Assembly: GCA_037444385.1 (NCBI GenBank)
Contig: JBBIMN010000001.1
Coordinates: 1-25,915 of the forward strand
Direction: 5' to 3'
From: Acidobacteriota bacterium
GTDB lineage: Bacteria > Acidobacteriota > UBA4820 > DSQY01
DNA: 25,915 nt
Shown piece by piece: positions 17,549 through 24,937 of the stretch. Each line of letters begins with the position of its first letter. Positions within the stretch are counted from its first letter, which is position 1. The notes beneath the pieces were generated by a model. It worked only from the letters and a program-made list of their open reading frames with translations, was not told the DNA's origin and made no database searches. Position numbers and translations under genes: made by a program.

Positions 17549-18697
17549 TCACGCGCCGGGCAGGGTGAGCCTCACCTCCGCGCCTTTTTCCCCGACCGGC
17601 CTGGCCGCCATCTGGCCGTGGACGAGGGAAGCGAGGTAGCGCGCGGCTGCAAACCCCAGCCGGTACTGGACGTGTTCGGTGTTTCCAGGCTCGGGCTGCG
17701 GCAGAGCGAAGAAAATGGTCAAGAGGCGCTGGACCGGAGGGCGTTCCTCGTGCTGCTCCGGCATGGCCACCATGAGGTGCGCCTTGCTGCCGCCGGTCTC
17801 TCCGCTAAAGGCAACCTCGCCCCCCTCCGCGCATAGAAATATGGCGTTGCGGACGATGTATTCCAGCAGCGGCTCCAGCACCACTTGAGAAACGCTGGTG
17901 AGGACCTCCTTTTCAACCGCGCCCGTGATGCGCACCTTGCGCTGCCTTGCCTCCTTGACCAGCCTGTCCTGAACCCTCGCTAGGACCGCGTTCAACGGAT
18001 ATGGAGGAACCGGCGCAAGGTCAAGGTTGCGCAAAAAACGCGAGAAGTCGAGGAGAAGTTCAAGCATCTCGGCCAATTGGGCGGTGTTTCTGTGAATCGC
18101 CCTCAACGGCCGCTCCTGTTCGGGATTCATCGAGCCGTAGCGGCCGCGGAGCAACAACTCGCAAAAGCCGAGAACGACGCCGGGGGGGGTTTTGAGGTCG
18201 TGGCCCAGGGCCGAGAGCAGGTCCTCCTGCACGTGCGAGCGGGCGTGAAGCCACTCATTGGCAACCCGGAGCTTCTCCACGAGCTGCTTCTGCTGCCTGG
18301 CTTGCTCCATTTGGTCGCTCACGTCGCGAAAGACGCCTTCGTACCCCAAAGGCTCGCCATTGGGCCCGGCAAGGCGCCTCAAGCTCCACTCGGCGTAGAA
18401 AACAAAACCGTCCCTGCGGCGGGTTGGCGAAACGAACGAAGAGACGACCCCCTCCGCGTCGGCCTGACGCCTCAGTTTCTCGCGGTACTCGGCGCTGACG
18501 TTGGTGTCAAGCGTGGTGACGCGGCCTATCATCTCCGAGGGCGTATACCCCAGCATCGCGGCGCCGCATTTGTTTATCTCAACGAACCCGCCCGCGTTGT
18601 CGCTGCGGTAATATCCGATGCCCAGCCCTTCCAGCGTTTCCAGCGACTGCGGGTCGGGCTTTTTCACCGTCCGTCTGTTTGGCACAACCGCCTCCAT
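17549..18697 (-). CDS. PAS-domain histidine kinase-like protein with degenerate HATPase domain
   Basis: PAS region (INKCGAAMLGY...RRRDG...RDVS), H-box LGHDLKTP, N-box IVRNAI; no DxGxG or GxGxG boxes. Start may be GTG 18685, since GGAGG at 18695-18691 is a good SD. Confidence 0.82.
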   Translation of the reverse strand: MEAVVPNRRTVKKPDPQSLETLEGLGIGYYRSDNAGGFVEINKCGAAMLGYTPSEMIGRVTTLDTNVSAEYREKLRRQADAEGVVSSFVSPTRRRDGFVFYAEWSLRRLAGPNGEPLGYEGVFRDVSDQMEQARQQKQLVEKLRVANEWLHARSHVQEDLLSALGHDLKTPPGVVLGFCELLLRGRYGSMNPEQERPLRAIHRNTAQLAEMLELLLDFSRFLRNLDLAPVPPYPLNAVLARVQDRLVKEARQRKVRITGAVEKEVLTSVSQVVLEPLLEYIVRNAIFLCAEGGEVAFSGETGGSKAHLMVAMPEQHEERPPVQRLLTIFFALPQPEPGNTEHVQYRLGFAAARYLASLVHGQMAARPVGEKGAEVRLTLPGA

Positions 18698-18701
18698 TTT
18701 A

Positions 18702-18729
18702 AGTATACCAAAAACGGTTCATAGCGCAA
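18702..18729 (-). promoter_or_regulatory. sigma70-type promoter for the PAS kinase
   Basis: TTGCGC (18729-18724), 16 nt, TATACT (18707-18702) preceded by TG-G (extended -10); predicted +1 near 18695 is the first G of the GGAGG SD. Confidence 0.55.
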
Positions 18730-18789
18730 AAGACAAGGAAGTTCCATGAATCCGCGATGGCGGATTGGGAGCTTTCCCGGGAAGCGCGC

Positions 18790-19091
18790 GGGGAGCACAG
18801 CGAGAACCGGATCGAGGAGCGGAAGCGTGACTTTGCCGTGGAGCCTGTCTGCCGCCTGCCTGGCCGCCAGGCAGGCCAGGCGGGCGGATGCCGTGCGGGC
18901 AGTTTGAGGCGAACGCCTCCTTCTTCGCCACCGGCGTGCTGGCCTGCAACCTGTTCAAGCTGCTTGATCGGCGTGCGCTCCCCGGCGGCTACAGAAGAGC
19001 CCGCTCGGGCACCGTCCGCCACCGCCTCTATCGCGTGGCCGGCAGAGCCGCGCGAACGGGACGACCGCTGGTGCTATACAGAGCGTCATAA
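18790..19091 (+). mobile_element. IS1380-family-like transposase remnant (C-terminal fragment, disrupted)
   Basis: RGEHSENRIEERKRDFAVE in one frame and RMPCGQFEANASFFATGVLACNLFKLL...TVRHRLYRVAGRAARTGR in another resemble IS1380 DDE C-terminal motifs (family recognised from memory); left boundary approximate. Confidence 0.75.
18844..18884. repeat. 41-nt nested palindromic insertion
   Basis: Perfect 11-bp inverted repeat GCCTGCCTGGC-C-GCCAGGCAGGC (18854-18876) inside an imperfect outer hairpin CCTGTCTG.../...CAGGCGGG. Confidence 0.8.
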
Positions 19092-19128
19092 ATATACGAC
19101 GTCACGAGGATGTGTGACGCTCTGTATA
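19075..19128. repeat. perfect 14-bp inverted repeat with 26-nt spacer
   Basis: TATACAGAGCGTCA (19075-19088) and TGACGCTCTGTATA (19115-19128). Confidence 0.9.
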
Positions 19129-19153
19129 ACAGCCTCTCTTTCCCCCCAACCCT

Positions 19154-19549
19154 TCACTCTTCACCCTCCGCTCCTTTGAGACACTCCTCCACTTCCTGCG
19201 GGAAGGTCTTGACCTTGATCGGTTTGGCGATGTAGCCGTTGAAGCCGGCGGCGAGAAAGCGCTCGCGGTCTCCGCGCATTGCGTGGGCGGTAAGGGCAAT
19301 GACGGGAAGCTTGGCGAAGCCGGGCCGCAGGCGAAGTTCGGCGAGAAGCGTGACGCCATCGCATCCGGGAAGCTGCACGTCCAGCAAAATAAGGTCGGGG
19401 GGCGGCCCCTTCAGCGCATCGAGCGCCTCCTGCGCGTTCATGGCGGTCAAGGTTTTCCAGCCGGCGTGCTCCAGCACGTAAACGGTGAGGTCGAGGTTGG
19501 CTTTGTTGTCCTCCACTATGAGAACCGTCTTGGGCTGGCCGCTCATCAT
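19154..19549 (-). CDS. single-domain response regulator (DivK/CheY-like)
   Basis: LIVEDNKAN, ILLDVQLPGCDG, IALTAHAMRGDRE, YIAKPI; ATGA overlap with the hybrid kinase stop. Confidence 0.92.
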   Translation of the reverse strand: MMSGQPKTVLIVEDNKANLDLTVYVLEHAGWKTLTAMNAQEALDALKGPPPDLILLDVQLPGCDGVTLLAELRLRPGFAKLPVIALTAHAMRGDRERFLAAGFNGYIAKPIKVKTFPQEVEECLKGAEGEE

Positions 19550-21744
19550 GTTCTCCTCGTATTGCGCTTCAGCGCTCCCTGGATCATTTCAACTAGCGCG
19601 GCCGGAGTGACCGTTCCCTTGCGGGCCACCGCGGTCACTTTCCCAAGGAGCTTCTGGTGGTCATTGAGGTTGATCTCTTTGGCGGTCAGCACGAGTATCG
19701 GGACCGACTCGCCGCCCGGCGCCGCGCGCAGCCGCGTCGCGGCCTCGAAGCCGTCCATGCCTTCCATCATCAGATCGAGGATCACGAGGTCGTAGGGGGC
19801 TTGCGCGGCCTTGGCCACGCCCTCCGCGCCCGTGAGCGCGTGGTCGAGGACCCAGCCGCGGGGGGCGAGCATCGCCTCCAACAGGTCGTGGAACTTGGGA
19901 TCGTCGTCCACCACCAAAAGGCGCGCGGGTTGTGGCCCGCCTCCGGGCAATAGCTGCATGAGGCGCTGAACCAGCGCGGCGCTCTCGATCGGTTTCAGGA
20001 AATAGTCGTCGGCGCCGAGAGCCAGTCCCAGCTCCTTATTATCCAGCATTGAGACTATCACGACCGGCAAGGACCTGGCCCCGGCGCCCTCCTTGAGCTG
20101 TTGGAGCACCTTGAAACCGTCCATGTCGGGAAGAATCAGGTCCAGCGTTACCGCGCTCGGCTTGTCATCGAGGACGAGCTTGAGGGCTTCCGCTCCGGTT
20201 CGCGCGCGAACCGGAACGAGGCCGGCCCTGGTCAGCGCGCGAGCGATCACTTCGTAGGCGGTAGGATCATCTTCAACGACGAGGATTCGCGTCCCCCGGC
20301 CAGCCGGCTCTCCGATGGTCTCTGTAGAAGCACCTATGGCCTGGCCCGAGAAGGCCAGCGGGACAACCACCGTGAAGGTGCTTCCCTTGCCGGGGGCGCT
20401 CTCCAGCGAAACGGTGCCCCCGTGAAGTTCCACGAAACGCTTTACCAGAGCGAGCCCCAGTCCGGTTCCGCCGTACGGGCGGCTCGACGAATCGTCAACT
20501 TGGCGGAACTCCTCGAAGACGGCGCCGTGAAAGCGCGGGTCTATCCCCACGCCCTGGTCCTCAACGGAGAGGCTTACGCTTTCACGCCTCAAAGTGCTTT
20601 CGGCGGCGCCGAGCGCACGCGCCGTGACGCGCACCGTGGAGCCGTCCGGGGAAAACTTGACGGCGTTGGAGAGCAGGTTGTAGAGAATCTGCTTCACCCT
20701 CACGGGGTCGGCCGACAGGTCGGGAAGGTCCTGGGGAATGTCGGCTTTCACCGCGATCCGGCGCTTGTCGGTGATTCCTTTCATCACCGTCGCGACGCCG
20801 GCGACTATTTCGGAGAGGCGGACCTGTTCCGGGACGAGTTCCATCTTGTCGGCTTCGATCTTGGAGAGGTCGAGGATATCGTTGATTACCCCCAAGAGGT
20901 GCTCCCCCGAAGTGTGGATGTGTTCAAGGAAACCGAGGTCTCTCTCCCCGAGCCGCCCTTCAAGGCGCTGCTCCAGCACCTCGGAAAAACCGATGATGGA
21001 AGTGAGCGGCGTGCGAAGCTCGTGGCTCATGTTCGCCAGGAACTGGCTCTTGAGGCGGTCCGCCTGGCGCACCTGCAAGTTCGCTTCGGTCAGGTCGCGC
21101 GTCCGCTGGTCCAGCGCTTCGGTCAGCCTCGTCAGCTCGGCCACTTTGCGGCTCTCGTTCTCCTTGAGTTGCTTGATAAGGATCCGTTTCTTTTGCGAGT
21201 CCACCGTCCCCCAAAGAAAGAACGCGGGGGCGCAAAAAAGCGAAATGGCGACCGTGAGGTAGTGAAAAAAGTCGGCGTCGGGGAAATGGACCTGCCCCAT
21301 GACCGTCAAGACCGCCATGTAGGCCGTCAGGTTAAGGAGGGCCATGATGACCGCCCACTCGAAACCGCCCGCCACGGCGGCACCGCCCATGCTCGCGACG
21401 TACCATGGAAACCATGGACTGTGCGCTCCGCCGGTCATGTAAACGGCCAACGTGACCAGGGCGGCGTCCAGCAAGAACCAGACGGGATCGAGGGCCAAAC
21501 GCCACCATCTCGCGTAAACCGCGCGCAGGGCGTAAGCCGAACCTATGGCAATGGCCCAAACGCCGATGATCACCGAATAGTTGACGTGAAAGGCGCCGAT
21601 AAGCTTGAAGAGGAGGGCGACCCCGGAGGCAAAGGTGTAGAAGATTATTCTATTGCGCTGAACGGCCAGCTTGAAGCGCTGCAGGGGTTCGCGGCCACCG
21701 GCTCCCGAAGGACCATGGCCGGGGCCATGTCCCATTTCCTGCAT
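19546..21744 (-). CDS. hybrid sensor histidine kinase (multi-TM sensor, HisKA, HATPase, two REC domains)
   Basis: About 6 TM helices; FLANMSHELRTPL, QILYNLLSNAVKF, DQGVGI, GGTGLGL; REC1 (VTLDLILP) and REC2 (VILDLMM), both with the phospho-Asp. Confidence 0.93.
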   Translation of the reverse strand: MQEMGHGPGHGPSGAGGREPLQRFKLAVQRNRIIFYTFASGVALLFKLIGAFHVNYSVIIGVWAIAIGSAYALRAVYARWWRLALDPVWFLLDAALVTLAVYMTGGAHSPWFPWYVASMGGAAVAGGFEWAVIMALLNLTAYMAVLTVMGQVHFPDADFFHYLTVAISLFCAPAFFLWGTVDSQKKRILIKQLKENESRKVAELTRLTEALDQRTRDLTEANLQVRQADRLKSQFLANMSHELRTPLTSIIGFSEVLEQRLEGRLGERDLGFLEHIHTSGEHLLGVINDILDLSKIEADKMELVPEQVRLSEIVAGVATVMKGITDKRRIAVKADIPQDLPDLSADPVRVKQILYNLLSNAVKFSPDGSTVRVTARALGAAESTLRRESVSLSVEDQGVGIDPRFHGAVFEEFRQVDDSSSRPYGGTGLGLALVKRFVELHGGTVSLESAPGKGSTFTVVVPLAFSGQAIGASTETIGEPAGRGTRILVVEDDPTAYEVIARALTRAGLVPVRARTGAEALKLVLDDKPSAVTLDLILPDMDGFKVLQQLKEGAGARSLPVVIVSMLDNKELGLALGADDYFLKPIESAALVQRLMQLLPGGGPQPARLLVVDDDPKFHDLLEAMLAPRGWVLDHALTGAEGVAKAAQAPYDLVILDLMMEGMDGFEAATRLRAAPGGESVPILVLTAKEINLNDHQKLLGKVTAVARKGTVTPAALVEMIQGALKRNTRRT

Positions 21745-21852
21745 GGCCTTCCCTCCCTATCGCGGCGGGGCCGTAAAGCGCTCGTTCCTCTAGCCGGGCG
21801 TTTTCGTCTCGCGCGCTTCGCGGACGCATCGCGCCCATGGCTTTACGCTTTG

Positions 21853-21881
21853 AATCTATGCTTCGCCGTTCGCCTTGTCAA
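21853..21881 (-). promoter_or_regulatory. sigma70-type promoter for the hybrid kinase operon
   Basis: Minus strand TTGACA (21881-21876), 17 nt, TAGATT (21858-21853). Confidence 0.6.
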
Positions 21882-21895
21882 TAGGCGAAACGGAG

Positions 21896-21924
21896 TTGAC
21901 CAGCCCCGCTCGCGCCGCTATACT
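21896..21924 (+). promoter_or_regulatory. sigma70-type promoter for the ABC operon (predicted leaderless start)
   Basis: TTGACC (21896-21901), 17 nt, TATACT (21919-21924); ATG begins 7 nt later. Confidence 0.75.
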
Positions 21925-21930
21925 TCGCTT

Positions 21931-23076
21931 ATGGCGAAGAAATCAAAATGGCTGATCTTTGGAGGGCTTCTGGTGGCGGCGGTGATCGCGTTGCGCTTTG
22001 TCGTTTTCAGGCCCAAACCGGTTCTCGTGACGGTGGCGGCGGTGGGCAGGGGCGCCGTCGAAGATGTGGTGACAAACACCCGCGCCGGCACGATCAAGGC
22101 GCACCTCAGGACCCGCCTCTCTCCGCAGACAGGAGGCCGCGTCACGAAGCTTCCATACAAGAAGGGCCAGCTCGTCCCCAAGGACGCGCTGCTGCTGCAA
22201 CTGGACGATGCCATCCAGCGGGCGCAGTTGGACGATGCGCGCCGGAACGTCGAGAGAAGTCAGGCCGAGGTGGAGCGCCTCGCGCTGGCGGCAAAACTCG
22301 CCGAGAGCGACTGGAAACGTTCCCGAAAACTGGCGCAGGACGGGATCATCAGCGCCCAGGACCGCGACACGCTCAAGAGCCGGGAGGAGCAGGCCCAGGC
22401 CGCGCTGAAGTCGGCTCGCGCCGCACGGAACCAGGCGTCGGCGGAAAAGAACCTCGCCATAGCCCAGGAGGCGCTGACGCAGATCCGCGCTCCCTTCGGC
22501 GGCATCCTCGCCGACTGCACGACCGAAGTGGGCGAGTTCATCACGCCGGCCCCGCCAGGGGTGCCGATTCCTCCGATCATGGACCTGCTGGACCAATCTT
22601 CCATCTACGTCTCCGCGCCCATTGACGAAGTGGATTCCGAACAGATCCGTTCTGGGCAAGCGGTTCGCGTCACGGTTGATTCCCGCCCCGGTGATTCCTT
22701 CGCCGGAAAGGTGACGCGCGTCGCGCCCTACGTCAACGACCTGGTTGGACAGAACCGGACCGTGGAGGTGGAGGTCGGGTTCGACGACCCGGCGAAGGCC
22801 GGCGGGCTCCTGCCTGGCACCTCGGCCAACGTGGAGATCATACTTTCGAGGCGCGCCGACGTGGTGCGCGTTCCGACCGACGCGGTGGCGGAGGGAGAAA
22901 AAGTGCTGGTCCTGGAGGCGGGACGGCTCTCGGAAAGGGCCATCCAGACGGGGCTGCACAACTGGCAATTCACTGAAGTGACTGGCGGCTTGAAGGCCGG
23001 CGATTTCGTGGTCACGGCGCGGGACATCCCGGAGATCAAGCCCGGCGCGCGCGCCGAAGCCGGCGCGAAACCGTGA
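21931..23076 (+). CDS. periplasmic adaptor (membrane fusion) protein, MacA/HlyD-like, 381 aa
   Basis: MAKKSKWLIFGG N-terminal TM anchor, lipoyl half-motifs (LSPQTGGRVTKL; IRAPFGGIL), alpha-hairpin, beta-barrel (GLLPGTSANVEI); this is the C-terminal part of the 991-aa ORF-track entry. Confidence 0.9.
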   Translation: MAKKSKWLIFGGLLVAAVIALRFVVFRPKPVLVTVAAVGRGAVEDVVTNTRAGTIKAHLRTRLSPQTGGRVTKLPYKKGQLVPKDALLLQLDDAIQRAQLDDARRNVERSQAEVERLALAAKLAESDWKRSRKLAQDGIISAQDRDTLKSREEQAQAALKSARAARNQASAEKNLAIAQEALTQIRAPFGGILADCTTEVGEFITPAPPGVPIPPIMDLLDQSSIYVSAPIDEVDSEQIRSGQAVRVTVDSRPGDSFAGKVTRVAPYVNDLVGQNRTVEVEVGFDDPAKAGGLLPGTSANVEIILSRRADVVRVPTDAVAEGEKVLVLEAGRLSERAIQTGLHNWQFTEVTGGLKAGDFVVTARDIPEIKPGARAEAGAKP

Positions 23077-23744
23077 TCCGCCTGGATGGAATCACCCGCG
23101 ATTTCGCGGTCGGCGACAGCGTCGTCCACGCGCTGAAGTCGGTGGCCATGGACATAGGCGCGGGCGAACACGTTTCGCTCGTTGGGCCGTCTGGGTCAGG
23201 AAAGTCAACGCTTCTCCACATCCTCGGCTGTCTCGACCATCCGACCGGGGGAAACTATCTCTTTGACGGAAGGGACGTCGGCGCGATGTCCGAGAACGGG
23301 CGGGCGCGCCTGCGGCAGATGGAGATTGGCTTCGTTTTCCAATTCTTCCACCTGCTTCCGCGCCTGACGGCGCAGGCCAATGTGGAACTGCCGATGTTCC
23401 TGGCGGGCGCGGAACCCGGCGAGCGCCACGCGAGGGCGCGCGAAGTGCTCGAGAAGATCGGATTGGGCAAGCGCCTCTCCCACAAGCCGGAACAACTCTC
23501 GGGAGGCGAGCGCCAGCGCGTAGCCATCGCTCGCGCCGTGGTCATGGGGCCAAAGGTTCTTCTGGCGGACGAACCAACCGGCAATCTCGACCGGGCGTCG
23601 GCGGAAGGGATCATGTCCCTACTGGAAAGCCTCAGCCGCGAAGGGCTGACTCTCGTCGTCGTCACGCACGATCCCGGCATCGCCGCGCGCGGGAGGCGCA
23701 TCCTGCGAATGGACGACGGGGCATTGAGCGAGGAGGCGCCATGA
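23073..23744 (+). CDS. ABC transporter ATP-binding protein (MacB/LolD-like)
   Basis: Walker A GPSGSGKST, Q-loop GFVFQ, signature LSGGERQ, Walker B LLADEPTGNLD, H-loop VVTHD. Confidence 0.95.
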   Translation: MIRLDGITRDFAVGDSVVHALKSVAMDIGAGEHVSLVGPSGSGKSTLLHILGCLDHPTGGNYLFDGRDVGAMSENGRARLRQMEIGFVFQFFHLLPRLTAQANVELPMFLAGAEPGERHARAREVLEKIGLGKRLSHKPEQLSGGERQRVAIARAVVMGPKVLLADEPTGNLDRASAEGIMSLLESLSREGLTLVVVTHDPGIAARGRRILRMDDGALSEEAP

Positions 23745-24933
23745 GGCCCCTGGACATCGCGGCTTACGGCCTCGGGGCGTGGCGCGGTCACAGGCTCAGA
23801 ACAGCGCTGACGCTTGGAAGCGTAGCCATAGGGATCGCCGCTGTCGTGTCGCTGACCGGAATGGGGGAGGGCGCCCGCTTATACGTCCAGCAGGAGTTCA
23901 TGTCACAAACCTCGTGATAGTGATCCCGGGCAAGGTGGAGACGACGGGAGGACTGCCGTTCGGCGGCGTCACGCACGACCTGACGCTTGAGGACTTCGAC
24001 GCCATGGTGAAGCGGATCCCGCAGGTGAGTAAAGCCACGCCGCTCGTTGTCGGGTCGGACACGCTTCAGTCGGAGGAGCGTTCACGCGGCGCCTCGATCC
24101 TCGGCACTACGGCGGAGTTTTACGACGTACGCAACCTGAACATGGCCTCCGGGCGATTTCTCGCCGAGGCGCCGGGCCGCGGAGGGCGACAGGAGATGGT
24201 CCTAGGGGCGACGATGGCGCGTGAACTTTTTCCCGCGGGCGGGGCGCTGGGCTCGATCGTGCGAATGGGCGCTTACCGCTTCAGGGTGGCCGGAGTGCTC
24301 GCCGCGACCGGCCAGAACCTTGGTGTCAACATTGACGAGGTGGCCATCATGCCGGTGCAGACCGCAATGCGGATATGGGACAAGCACTCTCTTTTCAGAG
24401 TCCTCGCCAGGGCCAGATCCAACGAGGCCATGTCGGAGACGAAGCGGGCGATTCTAGCCCTCATGAAAGAGCGCCACAGGGCCGAGGACGTGACGGTTTT
24501 CACACAGGACAGCGTCTCTTCGGCCTTTTCGGCGATCTTCCAGGCACTCACGCTCGCGCTGGTGGGAATCGCCTCCATCTCTCTCGCGGTGGCCGGCGTC
24601 GGGATAATGAACGTGATGCTCGTTTCGGTCACGGAGCGGCGCGCCGAAATAGGGCTGCTAAAGGCACTTGGGGCAACGCGCGCCCAGGTGCTGCGGATTT
24701 TTCTGGCCGAGACGATCCTGCTGGCCTTCACGGGCGGCGCCGCGGGCCTCGCCCTGGGCCTCTTTGCAGTGCGCCTCCTGCGTGGCATCTACCCCACATT
24801 TCCCGCCGCCCCCCCTCTCTGGGCCATTTTCGCGGCGCTGGGCCTCTCCGCCGCCGTGGGCATCCTGTTCGGCCTATGGCCCGCGTATCGCGCCACGCGC
24901 CTCGATCCGGTGGCGTGTCTCATGAGGAGATGA
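23741..24933 (+). pseudogene. ABC permease (MacB/FtsX family) with a frameshift at about 23904
   Basis: ATG 23741 frame gives MRPLDIAAY...RTALTLGSVAIGIAAVV...EFMS then stops at 23915-23917; TNLVIVIPGK...VSVTERRAEIGLLKALGA...LDPVACLMRR continues in the next frame. Confidence 0.85.
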
Positions 24934-24937
24934 GGCG

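Noticed and set aside
17543-17549. Missing terminator between the converging amidase and PAS-kinase genes (5-nt gap)
   Set aside because: Tight convergent ends are common, and nothing in the sequence supports a functional antisense overlap.
19075-19130. Integron attC interpretation of the 14-bp inverted repeat
   Set aside because: The GTT/AAC core orientation is opposite to RYYYAAC...GTTRRRY, the partner arm reads GTATAGC, and there is no integrase or cassette array nearby.
20101-21930. N-terminal 610 codons of the 991-aa plus-strand ORF
   Set aside because: Antisense shadow of the hybrid kinase in GC-rich DNA; the real gene starts at ATG 21931 directly behind a consensus promoter and a typical TM anchor.
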